A DNA stretch of 64,000 nucleotides from Chlamydiota bacterium (GCA_021772465.1 JAJFLX010000005.1:23025-87024), one strand, 5' to 3'. Numbered from the stretch's first letter, positions 9,917-19,936 are shown. Notes: generated by a model not told the origin, from the sequence alone. Made by a program: numbers and translations.

Positions 9917-10285
9917 ATGTCGCTATCTAAGACACAAATCGAAAAATTTAAATCCCTTCTTGAGGAGATGCGTGTCCAGTTGACCCGCACCCTTGAGGGT
10001 GCAACGAAAGAGGTGAAAAGGCCCGATGAGTCAACGGGTTATTCACAACACCAAGCCGATCAGGGAACTGATGATTTTGATAGAACCATCAGCTTGGAGG
10101 TCACGAGCAAAGAGTATGAGATTCTTAGGCAGATTGAACGGGCGCTTGAGAAGATCGAAGAGGGAACTTACGGCACGTGTGATGTGAGTGGTGAGAGTAT
10201 TCCTCTGCCTCGTTTAGAGGCGATCCCTTACGCAACCATGACGGTGCAAGCTCAAGAGAAATTTGAAAAAGGGTTGCTCGCCTAA
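9917..10285 (+). CDS. dksA: DksA/TraR family protein (cysteine-poor zinc-finger region)
   Basis: Coiled-coil N-terminal part and a DksA C-terminal block (EGTYGTCDVSGESIPLPRLEAIPYATMTVQAQEKFE). It lies directly upstream of lspA, as in Chlamydia. Confidence 0.8.
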   Translation: MSLSKTQIEKFKSLLEEMRVQLTRTLEGATKEVKRPDESTGYSQHQADQGTDDFDRTISLEVTSKEYEILRQIERALEKIEEGTYGTCDVSGESIPLPRLEAIPYATMTVQAQEKFEKGLLA

Positions 10286-10777
10286 GTGATGAATTTTTTC
10301 CGTTTAGTCCTGCTTTTTCTTGTAGGTCTAGGTGCACTCTTTGTCGATTTTTGGACCAAAGCTTTTATCTACTATGGACATCTCTCTTTGCCCTATCCCA
10401 TTTTTCATAATTGGCTTGGAATCGATTTTCAACTCTCTTTAACCTACAACCGTGGGGCTGCTTGGGGGTTGTTCTCAAGTTTTCAAACTCCTTTGCTCAT
10501 CTTACGACTAGTGGTGATTGTGGCCCTGATACTTTACCTTGTTTTTGCCAAAAAAAGTAGGGGCTACGCATTTCCTCTTGTACTGATTATAGCGGGGGCA
10601 ATAGGAAATGTGGTCGACTACTTTCTCTACGGCTTTGTCATTGACTTTTTGAGCTTCAATTTTTGGGGCTACCCGTTTCCCATTTTCAATTTAGCTGACA
10701 CCTTCATTACAGTAGGGGTAGCCTGGCTTCTTCTTGCAGCGATTTTTACGAAAAAAAATGATGTTAAATGTCTCTAA
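10286..10777 (+). CDS. lspA: lipoprotein signal peptidase (signal peptidase II)
   Basis: NRGAAWGL, IIAGAIGNVVDY, FNLAD motifs; 4 TM helices; 163 aa. Confidence 0.9.
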   Translation: MMNFFRLVLLFLVGLGALFVDFWTKAFIYYGHLSLPYPIFHNWLGIDFQLSLTYNRGAAWGLFSSFQTPLLILRLVVIVALILYLVFAKKSRGYAFPLVLIIAGAIGNVVDYFLYGFVIDFLSFNFWGYPFPIFNLADTFITVGVAWLLLAAIFTKKNDVKCL

Positions 10778-11408
10778 ATGGATCAAGCTTCCTCTTCTTC
10801 TAGATGGAGAGGAGATGGCCAAGTTATTTGCATCGATTGACCCTTGCGCCCTCTATGAAGTACATCGAGTGGTAGGTGAAAGTCAATGGGTCCACTCGCT
10901 TTCAGATTTTTTAGAAACCTACAGAGACTACGTCTTCTCTCTTAAAGAGGGCAAAGAGCCCCCTCTTGCCCTTGTGAGGCAATTTGCTTATGCAATGAGT
11001 GTAACTTCTGATGCCTTCACTGCGCAAGAGGTAGGGGAGAAAAGAATTTTGCTCAAAGCGACTTTACCTATCGTTCAAATGCAACCTCACGCTCTTCGCT
11101 ACAGCCCCTTAGACGGAACCTTCCGCTCAGGTGTACACGGGGAGGGCACTATTTCCTGGGGCATTCAGCTCGGCTACCCACAAATTTATGAAGACCCCCG
11201 CACTCATTTGATCCAATCGACTCGAGAACTTACAAACGGCCCTCTTTTTCAACAGATACAGAAATGGGTGCGGGCGCATACTCGCCCTACTCCTTTTGAA
11301 GTCGATGGAAAAAAACAAATAGTGCCTGCGAGACTTGGCAAGAGCTGTTTTGCATGGATTGCACGCCATCCACACCTCCATACGGTTCATGTTGTCACCT
11401 CTTCCTGA
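10758..11408 (+). CDS. hypothetical protein
   Basis: Long ORF with no recognised motif. I prefer the internal ATG (MMLNVSKW...) at 10758 to limit overlap with lspA. The listed ORF starts at 10734. Confidence 0.45.
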   Translation: MMLNVSKWIKLPLLLDGEEMAKLFASIDPCALYEVHRVVGESQWVHSLSDFLETYRDYVFSLKEGKEPPLALVRQFAYAMSVTSDAFTAQEVGEKRILLKATLPIVQMQPHALRYSPLDGTFRSGVHGEGTISWGIQLGYPQIYEDPRTHLIQSTRELTNGPLFQQIQKWVRAHTRPTPFEVDGKKQIVPARLGKSCFAWIARHPHLHTVHVVTSS

Positions 11409-11515
11409 GCTGTTTTTTTCACGATAGGAAGTCATAGTCTAATTTTCGCTTGGCATAAATCGCAAAATTCCTTAAGGTCCAGTAAAAGAATCTTTTCTTT
11501 GACATAGGAGTATGT

Positions 11516-12529
11516 ATGAAGTTGAAAAATCTAATTTTGTCAGGGCTTGTCACAATGGCAGCGCCTCTGATTGGTCAGCAATACTGCTGCGATTACAACA
11601 ATAATTGCTGCGATACTGGTTCTGACTATTGTGCGAATGTATTTGTAGACTGGCTCTACTGGAATGTTCGCGATTGTAACCTAGACTTTGCCGCTACAGG
11701 CGATGATGCAACGATTCTCGAGGCATCAGGACGTTTGGTCTCTGTTGACACGGAATATGAAAGTGGTTTCCGCGTTGGAGCGTTTACCCCTTTCTGTAGC
11801 TATGAAATTGGGTTTGTTTATACTCGTTTTCATAACGATCACAACTGTGATGATGTCACACGTATATCGCAAGCTGATGGAAACCTCAATTCAACAGCTC
11901 TTCCAGAACAGGTAGGGCTAAACGCCATTAACGAAGCAGAAAGTGACTATGAAGTGGAGTTCGATCAACTCGATATCGCTTTTGTTCGTCACCACCAGCC
12001 TCAGTGGCTTTGCAACACGAATGTCACCGTTGGTGGTGGACTTCGATTTGCTTGGATCGATCGTGAAAGAAACATTGAGTACCGTAGCACAAATGATAAT
12101 GCGAAAGTTTTCCAGAAAACGGAGAACGATCTTTACGGTGTGTTTGTTGGTTTAGCGACTGATACTCAGTTCTGTGAGTGCTTCAGTTTCCTCGGTGAGT
12201 TCTCGATTGCTGCTTTTGTTGCTGAAAATGAGAGAAAGACTCGTGTCACGAGCACCCTCACATCTCCAGTCACAGACTTCTTCCTAGAAGATGATTGTGG
12301 GCACTGCGCTGTTGCTAATATCAACCTCGCACTCGGATTGGCATTTGACTTCAACTGCCTCTGTGATGCGTGTGCACGTTTGGCTGTAGGGTATGAGTTC
12401 CATAACTGGCTCAACCTTCCAAACTTCATCTCGCCTCAAGAGGCTGTGAACAACGCATGGCAACTAGATCGTTACTACGGATCTCTTGGATTTGATGGTC
12501 TTTTCCTAAGACTTGCAGTTAGCTTCTAA
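11516..12529 (+). CDS. cysteine-rich outer-membrane beta-barrel protein, paralog 1 (chlamydial MOMP-like/OmpA-family type)
   Basis: SD AGGAGTA upstream; signal peptide MKLKNLILSGLVTMAAPLIGQQ; CC-rich N-terminus (YCCDYNNNCCD); alternating beta-strand pattern; C-terminal ...FLRLAVSF. It aligns over its full length with 15574-16590 and 16718-17716. Confidence 0.75.
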   Translation: MKLKNLILSGLVTMAAPLIGQQYCCDYNNNCCDTGSDYCANVFVDWLYWNVRDCNLDFAATGDDATILEASGRLVSVDTEYESGFRVGAFTPFCSYEIGFVYTRFHNDHNCDDVTRISQADGNLNSTALPEQVGLNAINEAESDYEVEFDQLDIAFVRHHQPQWLCNTNVTVGGGLRFAWIDRERNIEYRSTNDNAKVFQKTENDLYGVFVGLATDTQFCECFSFLGEFSIAAFVAENERKTRVTSTLTSPVTDFFLEDDCGHCAVANINLALGLAFDFNCLCDACARLAVGYEFHNWLNLPNFISPQEAVNNAWQLDRYYGSLGFDGLFLRLAVSF

Positions 12530-12552
12530 CTTTAAGAACTAGGACTTTTGGT

Positions 12553-12593
12553 ATCCCCATCCTCGCTTTTGCGGGTGGTGGGGATTTTTTTTG
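12553..12593 (+). terminator. rho-independent terminator after OMP paralog 1
   Basis: ATCCCCA...TGGGGAT stem with inner GC pairs, followed by a T8 run, 24 nt after the stop codon. Confidence 0.6.
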
Positions 12594-12940
12594 TCATAAA
12601 ATTCTACATCGATCTTCTAGAAAGAAAAAAATATTTGATATCGCACCTCAATAGCACCCCATAAAAAGGAGGCTGTGCTAAAAAAATTATTGCACTCACC
12701 TTCAACCCTCTTTTAAAGCCTATTTTTTACCCCACTCTCTCAGAGGGTGCTCTGGGGCTACCTCTATCGCTTGTGGTGTAAAAACTAGACTTCAAATCTA
12801 GCTGAATTTGAGCACACTAAGTTTTTCAACTCAGCCACGAAATAACACCTGTCTGTTTTAAACAATGTTTACATCTTTTTAAAATATATTGGATCGTTGT
12901 ATTATTGCGTTTAGTTAATTTAAAACTAAAAAGAGGTATC

Positions 12941-13312
12941 ATGTCTTATAATACAATTGACGGTTCAAAGCCACCAGGAGTGGTTGATCGATTCAAATTC
13001 GAACAGGGTTTTCGCCTGAAGGTTCTCGTGGGTGTCATTTACCCTCTCGCACTTGCTGTGATTGCAACTGCCACCGTTTATGCATATAAGTTTTCATTTA
13101 GCGATTGGACATTCGAATCCCCAAAAGCCTGTATAGCTGGCATCTTATTTAGGTCATCTATAACGGCTATTACAACATTCGGATCCGTGTCCATGCTTGC
13201 CGGATATATAACCGCTTTCGAGCTCGCCGGTTGTGGGGTTAAAGCTGACACATGCGGAAATAGTGCTAATGATCGTATTAGCTCTTACCGTTCTGATAAG
13301 GGAAGGTTTTAA
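12941..13312 (+). CDS. small two-TM membrane protein, tandem paralog A (Inc-like candidate)
   Basis: ATG at 12941 preceded by AGAGG. The conserved N-terminal block DGSKPPGVVDRFKFEQGFRLKVL is shared with the next ORF. Two hydrophobic segments. Confidence 0.5.
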   Translation: MSYNTIDGSKPPGVVDRFKFEQGFRLKVLVGVIYPLALAVIATATVYAYKFSFSDWTFESPKACIAGILFRSSITAITTFGSVSMLAGYITAFELAGCGVKADTCGNSANDRISSYRSDKGRF

Positions 13313-13348
13313 AAGCAAAAATCCTGCACATGGTGCAAGAAGTGACAA

Positions 13349-13726
13349 ATGGAGGATAGTGTGAGTTATTTAACACTTGCAGATTCAAAGCAGCCTAGCT
13401 TTGTTGATCGAATCAAATTCGAACAAGGTTTTCGCCAGAAGGTTCTTATGGTTATCATCGGCACTCTCGCAGTAGCCGCGCTAGCAAGTGCCACAGTTTT
13501 TTCATTTAAGCTCTATATGCAGGATGGCTTTTGGGCTCGCAAAACTCTATGCCGTCTTTTTATTGCTGGTGGAATGGTTGGGGGCAGCTCTTTGACCGCA
13601 GTAGGTGCACTATTCACTACAGCTGCAATTGTGAAAGTGTGCCAATACGATACCAGTGCCCCCCTCAAAAGTGCTCAGCCCGATAATGATAGGCCAATGA
13701 TGCTTCTGTTTAAAGGCAGGGCATAG
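13349..13726 (+). CDS. small two-TM membrane protein, tandem paralog B (Inc-like candidate)
   Basis: ADSKQPSFVDRIKFEQGFRQKVL block, then two hydrophobic segments. Clear paralog of 12941-13312. Confidence 0.5.
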   Translation: MEDSVSYLTLADSKQPSFVDRIKFEQGFRQKVLMVIIGTLAVAALASATVFSFKLYMQDGFWARKTLCRLFIAGGMVGGSSLTAVGALFTTAAIVKVCQYDTSAPLKSAQPDNDRPMMLLFKGRA

Positions 13727-13755
13727 CACATGACCAATAGTTTGCTTCTTCATTC

Positions 13756-14316
13756 TTAGTTTGAGACGGTAAAAGGGGCAGCCCAACTTTGTGTAGAGAG
13801 AGAGTTCAAGACGCCATTTGCGCCACGTAGGTAAGTCTCTCCTTCAATAGACGATGTCCATGAAACAAAAGTGTTTCTATCATCTTGGATGACAATTTTT
13901 TCATCAATATTCCCTGCGAACTCAAGCGATGGATCTGATACCACAGTCACACTCGTCCACCCCTCACTTAGAATCCCAAACCCCACACAGACAACCGGCG
14001 AGCCATTCGAAGGGTCAGTCGCCTCCCAAGCGACTGCGATATCACCCACGGAATTCATGGAAACGCTTGGGATGTCGCTGGAGAGAGGCGTGAAGGAGCT
14101 TGCTGAAAGACTCACTGGAGTAGACCAGCTGCCTGACCCAGAAAGGCTAATCGAGGCCATGACCCCCTCAGAGCTATCGTTCCACACAAGCACCATATTG
14201 CCCGAAACATCAGTTGTTAACACATTTCCTTGGATAGTTGCTCCATAGGAAATGGAAGAAGAGAATGCAAAAACTAAGATCAGTTGACATATTTTGCTAT
14301 TAAATTTCATTTGCAT
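13756..14316 (-). CDS. secreted beta-rich repeat protein, hypothetical
   Basis: SD GGAG 6 nt upstream of the ATG, only 13 nt after the collagen-like gene stop. Signal peptide MQMKFNSKICQLILVFAFSSSISYG. Three internal repeats ending in W (GNMVLVWND / GDIAVAWEA / RNTFVSWTS). Confidence 0.5.
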   Translation of the reverse strand: MQMKFNSKICQLILVFAFSSSISYGATIQGNVLTTDVSGNMVLVWNDSSEGVMASISLSGSGSWSTPVSLSASSFTPLSSDIPSVSMNSVGDIAVAWEATDPSNGSPVVCVGFGILSEGWTSVTVVSDPSLEFAGNIDEKIVIQDDRNTFVSWTSSIEGETYLRGANGVLNSLSTQSWAAPFTVSN

Positions 14317-14329
14317 ATTAAACTCCTTA

Positions 14330-15316
<987 letters not shown>

Positions 15317-15573
15317 ATCCAATCCCAGTACTCCGTTAAAGAAAGGCACTTTATAAAAAATTTATTTTCGCAGCAATAAAATATTTTTTTGCCCGAGGAA
15401 ATCCATTAATTTTAAGTGAATAAAGATCAAATATTGGCGTTGATGCTCTCTTGCTCAAAACGCTACACTCGTTTCTTCTTCTTTAGTGAGAGGTGCGGAT
15501 TTTTTTTGCAGTATTTTCTTATCTATTGTACCTTCTCACTCCGCAACAATAAAACTGTCACTTAGGAGTAGAT

Positions 15574-16590
15574 ATGAACTGGAAAAAACTGATCTTGACG
15601 GGAGTCATTGGCTTGGCTGCCCCACTTGTTGCTCAGCAAGGGAGTTGTAATTATGACAACTCTTGCTGCGAAAGTTACCGAAACGACTACTGCACCAATG
15701 TCTTTGTGGACTGGCTCTACTGGAATGTACGAGACTGCGGTCTAGACTTTGTGTGGGATATCAGTGAAACGAATCAAGATGGGGGAGATGGACACCTTCG
15801 TTCAATTAACACCGATTACGAGAGCGGTTTCCGCGTGGGGGCTTTTGCTCCTTATTGTGGGTATGAATTTGGTTTTGTCTACACACGCTATAAAAGCGAT
15901 TGCAGCGGTCCTACAAGGGCTACAAGCACTGCAGGTAGTTTGGTTGGGACGAAGTTGATTTTCGAAAATCTACAGGCCAATATCAATGATGCGGTTGGTG
16001 AATACGACGTTGAGTTTCAACAGCTCGATTTGGCAGTTGGACGTCACTTCCAGCCACAGTGGCTCTGCAACACGGACGTAACGCTCGGCGGAGGGGTTCG
16101 GATCGCATGGATTGAAAGGGATAAAAACATCACGTACCAAGATTCAAGTGACATAACCAATATCTTTCAAAAAGTAGAAAATGATGCCTATGGGCTATTT
16201 CTTGGGATGATCAGTGACACGCAGTTTTGCAACTGCTTCAGCCTTTTCAGTGATTTCTCAATTGCTGCACTAGTTGCTGAAACTGAGCAGAGAGTTCACT
16301 ATGCAGGACCGGGGGATCTATCAACCTTTGATTTTGTAGTTCGTCAAGAGTGTGACTACTGCCCAGTTGTCAATGTCAACCTAGCGCTAGGACTTGGATT
16401 TGATTTCAGCTGTTTTTGCGACGCTGTTGCAAGGCTAGCTGTCGGCTATGAGTTTCACAACTGGATCAGCCTTCCTGGTTTCACCGATCCATTTGCGCTG
16501 CCTGCCGTATCGAAGTCTCTTTTCCTTCAAAAGGATAACAACAACCTAGGATTTGATGGGCTCTTTGTGCGCCTAGCGATCAATTTCTAA
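15574..16590 (+). CDS. cysteine-rich outer-membrane beta-barrel protein, paralog 2
   Basis: SD AGGAGTA; signal peptide MNWKKLILTGVIGLAAPLVAQQ. Shared blocks are NVFVDWLYWNVRDC, ESGFRVGAF, GFVYTR, QPQWLCNT, LAVGYEFHNW and LGFDGLFVRLAINF at the C-terminus. Confidence 0.75.
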   Translation: MNWKKLILTGVIGLAAPLVAQQGSCNYDNSCCESYRNDYCTNVFVDWLYWNVRDCGLDFVWDISETNQDGGDGHLRSINTDYESGFRVGAFAPYCGYEFGFVYTRYKSDCSGPTRATSTAGSLVGTKLIFENLQANINDAVGEYDVEFQQLDLAVGRHFQPQWLCNTDVTLGGGVRIAWIERDKNITYQDSSDITNIFQKVENDAYGLFLGMISDTQFCNCFSLFSDFSIAALVAETEQRVHYAGPGDLSTFDFVVRQECDYCPVVNVNLALGLGFDFSCFCDAVARLAVGYEFHNWISLPGFTDPFALPAVSKSLFLQKDNNNLGFDGLFVRLAINF

Positions 16591-16611
16591 GTAACGTTCG
16601 ACGCGAATGGT

Positions 16612-16650
16612 ATCCCCAGCTCTAGTACAACAGAGCTGGGGATTTTTTTT
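16612..16650 (+). terminator. rho-independent terminator after OMP paralog 2
   Basis: Perfect 12-bp stem ATCCCCAGCTCT / AGAGCTGGGGAT followed by T8. It shares the GGTATCCCCA left flank with the paralog-1 terminator. Confidence 0.65.
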
Positions 16651-16717
16651 GCAAATTTTCACGTAATCGTGTAGCGTGTTGCTTCCTTATGACCAAAAAA
16701 AATACTCAGGAGTAAAT

Positions 16718-17716
16718 ATGAACTGGAAAAAACTTCTACTGGTGGGAATAGCCTCTGTAGCTCTCCCTGTGACCGCGCAACAGTACTGCTGCGATTACTA
16801 CGATTGCTGTGAGGAAGAGTGCTTTGAATTGTATGGCGATTGGCTCTACTGGACGGTAAGAGAGTGTGACTTAAGCTACGTGTGGGATACCCCTGTCGCG
16901 AGCACCTCGTCAGCAGGTCCTCTCAAAGCAGTCGATCCCGATTTTACAAGTGGTTTTCGCATAGGAGTCATTGTCCCTTTTTGCGATTGGGAATTTGCAG
17001 CTCACTACACATGCTATGACAATTGCGAGTCAGATAGAACAAGAAGTGACACCGATACACTTTTCGGAACTCGATTGATCGTAGGCACCACGCAAGATGC
17101 AATCGATGAGGCGCGCTCTAAATATGATGTAGATTTCAATCAATTCGATCTAGAATTTGGTCGCACCTTTAGACCACAGTATCTTTGCAACACAGAAGTC
17201 CGCACCTTTGGGGGAGCACGTTTTGCGTGGATCGACCGAAAGCTCGATACAGTTTATCTCGATACAGCAACACCTCGATCTACCACGATTCATCAGAAGG
17301 TTGATAACGACCTCTATGGGCTCTACGTAGGGATGGGAAGTGAGACGACTTTGATGGGTTGTTTCTCGCTGTTTGGGGACTTCTCTGTTGGGGCTTTTGC
17401 CGTCTCATCAGATCAAAGCGTCTTCTATCAAACACTCGCTGCGGTTACCGAGACCGAGTACGATATTACTTCGAAGAATTACTACTGCGCTGCTGCAAAC
17501 GTCAATCTCTCTTTAGGGATGGGCTACACATTCTGTGGTTTCTGCGATAGTGATGTGATGTTGGCCATCGGTTATGAGTTCCACAATTGGATTAACCTCC
17601 CTGGTTTCATCTCTCCACAAGAGGTGATAGCAGCCGAGAGAAACCTGCAGCTCGATCAATTTTCCGGATCACTTGGATTCGACGGGCTCTTTGTTAGACT
17701 CGCTGTTAGCTTCTAA
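16718..17716 (+). CDS. cysteine-rich outer-membrane beta-barrel protein, paralog 3 (more divergent)
   Basis: ATG at 16718 preceded by CAGGAGTAAAT, the same SD context as the paralogs. Signal peptide MNWKKLLLVGIASVALPVTAQQ. Blocks YCCDYYDCCEEEC, GDWLYWTVREC, RPQYLCNT, LAIGYEFHNW and C-terminal LGFDGLFVRLAVSF. Confidence 0.75.
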   Translation: MNWKKLLLVGIASVALPVTAQQYCCDYYDCCEEECFELYGDWLYWTVRECDLSYVWDTPVASTSSAGPLKAVDPDFTSGFRIGVIVPFCDWEFAAHYTCYDNCESDRTRSDTDTLFGTRLIVGTTQDAIDEARSKYDVDFNQFDLEFGRTFRPQYLCNTEVRTFGGARFAWIDRKLDTVYLDTATPRSTTIHQKVDNDLYGLYVGMGSETTLMGCFSLFGDFSVGAFAVSSDQSVFYQTLAAVTETEYDITSKNYYCAAANVNLSLGMGYTFCGFCDSDVMLAIGYEFHNWINLPGFISPQEVIAAERNLQLDQFSGSLGFDGLFVRLAVSF

Positions 17717-18346
17717 TCCGTGCTTGTGACCTCCACCTTGTTTTTGCACAAAGTGGAGGTCAATTTCTTTCATCTCTTGCGTGATGGGGTGGGGAAAACT
17801 CATTCGTGTGTGGTAGAGTTCTATTCTATCTAAAGTGACCTTTGAACCATATTTTTGATCTCCCAAGATAGGACAACCGACAAGTGAAAGTTGGGCTCTA
17901 ATTTGATGGTACCTGCCGGTGACCAATTCAATTTCTGTCCCTCCATTCGGAAGTTGCTTGTAGAGAAGGCAACATTTTTTTCCTTTTGGATGCTCAAAAG
18001 CGAGGTGGTTGCCGTGTTCCAAGTAGTGGATAAGTTGTCCCGACCGGTCAGGAAGGCTCCCCTCATGACGAGCCCAGTAAATTTTACGAAAGCTTTTTGC
18101 ACGTTGAGCTGCTTGTAAACGAGAGAGCGCTTTGCTGGTGCGGGCAAATAAAACGATTCCAGAGACAGGGCGATCGAGCCGATGAACGGGCTCTAAAAAA
18201 ACTGCGCCCGGTTTTTTAAACTGCTTTTTAAGGAGGCGCTTTCCCACTTCTTGCAGAGATAGCTCTGAGCTTTGATTCGGTTGAGTGAGCATCCCGGCTG
18301 GCTTGTCCAAAGCGAGCAGGTGGTTGTCGAGGTAGAGAACTCTCAT
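17669..18346 (-). CDS. RluA family pseudouridine synthase
   Basis: LDKPAGMLTQP, HRLDRPVSGIVLFARTSKA and GRYHQIRAQL motifs. The ATGA overlap with the upstream TrmH-family gene suggests translational coupling. Confidence 0.85.
   Translation of the reverse strand: MRVLYLDNHLLALDKPAGMLTQPNQSSELSLQEVGKRLLKKQFKKPGAVFLEPVHRLDRPVSGIVLFARTSKALSRLQAAQRAKSFRKIYWARHEGSLPDRSGQLIHYLEHGNHLAFEHPKGKKCCLLYKQLPNGGTEIELVTGRYHQIRAQLSLVGCPILGDQKYGSKVTLDRIELYHTRMSFPHPITQEMKEIDLHFVQKQGGGHKHGLEANSESNKEPVESK
17728..17761 (+). terminator. hairpin after OMP paralog 3 (possible terminator, weak U-tract)
   Basis: GACCTCCACTT / AAGTGGAGGTC 11-bp stem with a 12-nt loop, 12 nt after the stop. It lies inside the 3' tail of the convergent pseudouridine synthase ORF. 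Confidence 0.35.
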
Positions 18347-19197
18347 CGACGTTGTCTAACCGCTTCATAAAGTAATAGGGAGGTGGCAATAGAGACATTT
18401 AATGAATCAGCTTCTCCATGCATAGGGATTTTTACCTGCAGTTTAGCCGATTCCATCCACACTTTCGAAAGTCCATACTGCTCGGTACCTACTGCAATGG
18501 CAATTCCCTTTTTGAGATCGACTTGCGTGTACTCGAGGCTCGCAGAGGGAGTAGCAGCCACGACCTCGATCTCGCGCTGAGAGAGCCACTCGAGTGTCTC
18601 TTGGCTGCTCGCTTCAATGACTGGCAGGGTAAAAAGCGTCCCGACACTTGCTCGAACCACATTGGGGTTATGAATATCTGTACACCGATCACAGACGATC
18701 AGAGCACTGGCTCCCGCTGCATCACAGCTACGCAAAATGGTTCCCAAATTTCCCGGCTTTTCAATAGCCTCTGCAACGACTATTAGGGGATTATTTTCTA
18801 CTTCGAGCTGCTCGAGTCCAAGATGTTTTTGGTGTGCAAGCGCGAGCAGCCCATCGGGGCGATCGCGGTAAGAGAGCTTTCTAAATACCTGCTCATTGCA
18901 AGGGTAGATTTCAACGCCCCGGATCTTAAGAGCTGAGATGATTTTGTGCTCACTACTTCCTAAAAAGAGTGATTCACAAGTGAACAGTCTGACAAAATTT
19001 GTAGAGGCAAGGGCGCGACTTATCTCTCTAAACCCTTCTATAAGAAAAAGTTGTGTTTTATCGCGCTCGGAGCGTTTCCAAAGGCGTCGAGCCTCTTTGA
19101 TTTTTGGATTTGCGCTGCTAGTTAGCTCCAACACTCCACCTCGCAAAACTACCAGAAGGGATATCGAAAGGTCCTTTGAGGAGCAAGTCGCCCCCAT
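18343..19197 (-). CDS. TrmH/SpoU family RNA 2'-O-methyltransferase
   Basis: SpoU motifs EKPGNLGTILRSCDAAGASALIV, VGTEQYGLS and IPMHGEADSLNVSIATSLLLYE. The true start may be the GTG/TTG near 19131-19134, which would reduce the 80-nt overlap with the upstream gene. Confidence 0.85.
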   Translation of the reverse strand: MGATCSSKDLSISLLVVLRGGVLELTSSANPKIKEARRLWKRSERDKTQLFLIEGFREISRALASTNFVRLFTCESLFLGSSEHKIISALKIRGVEIYPCNEQVFRKLSYRDRPDGLLALAHQKHLGLEQLEVENNPLIVVAEAIEKPGNLGTILRSCDAAGASALIVCDRCTDIHNPNVVRASVGTLFTLPVIEASSQETLEWLSQREIEVVAATPSASLEYTQVDLKKGIAIAVGTEQYGLSKVWMESAKLQVKIPMHGEADSLNVSIATSLLLYEAVRQRR

Positions 19198-19936
19198 CGA
19201 TATCTCCTCGAGTAAAAATTTGTCTCATAAGTTGCTTCAAAACGAGAGGAGTATAACCAGGTGTGTGGCAGCTTAGAATTACAAACAGGGGGGTCTCTGA
19301 CAGTACTCGTTTGCACTGCTCGAGGAGCAAAATCAAATCGTCTTCAATTTTGAAAAGTTGATTTCCCTTCCCTCGACCGAAAGTGGGAGGGTCGAGCAAA
19401 ATAGCGTCAAATTTTTCACCTCTTCTGGCAGAGCGCTCCAAAAATTTTCGAGCCTCTTCAGCTATCCAACGAATGGGATACTGGGCCATCTCGTTGAGTT
19501 TTGCATTATCTGAAGCCCAATGCACCATTCCCTTGGCGACATCGAGGTGGGTGACAGCAGCACCAGCGCGCGCTGCTGCCAGTGAAGCGCCACCTGAGTA
19601 GGCAAATAAATTGAGAAATCGAGCCCCTTTTCTTAAGTGGGTTTCCAACCCCTCCCAAAGCGCAGCATGCTCAGGAAAGAGACCGAGGTGACCAAAACTC
19701 GTTCGTTTGAGATGAAATTTGAACCCTCCGTGATCTACTGTCCACGCCTCAGGAATTTTACGGCGCAGCTTCCACTGTAGATCTGGTGTTCGAGTGAAGT
19801 GAGCATCGGCGCATGTCCAAGTTGATTGGGAAAGCGAAGGTCTCCAGACCGCCTGAGCGCATGGGCGAATGAGCGTGTACTTACCAAATTGCTCGAGTTT
19901 CTCCCCATTACCGCTATCAATTAAGGTATAAGTCAT
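19118..19936 (-). CDS. class I SAM-dependent (rRNA, RlmI/YwbD-like) methyltransferase
   Basis: FLNLFAYSGGASLAAARAGA (SAM motif I) and ILLDPPTFGRGKG (DPP motif). 272 aa. Confidence 0.75.
   Translation of the reverse strand: MTYTLIDSGNGEKLEQFGKYTLIRPCAQAVWRPSLSQSTWTCADAHFTRTPDLQWKLRRKIPEAWTVDHGGFKFHLKRTSFGHLGLFPEHAALWEGLETHLRKGARFLNLFAYSGGASLAAARAGAAVTHLDVAKGMVHWASDNAKLNEMAQYPIRWIAEEARKFLERSARRGEKFDAILLDPPTFGRGKGNQLFKIEDDLILLLEQCKRVLSETPLFVILSCHTPGYTPLVLKQLMRQIFTRGDIDGGDLLLKGPFDIPSGSFARWSVGAN

Noticed and set aside
12530-12940. 410-bp non-coding gap after OMP paralog 1 as a possible small RNA or a degraded fourth OMP copy
   Set aside because: I found no convincing similarity to the OMP paralogs in any frame, only short 5-bp hairpins, and no promoter/terminator pair. 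The evidence is insufficient to call a feature.
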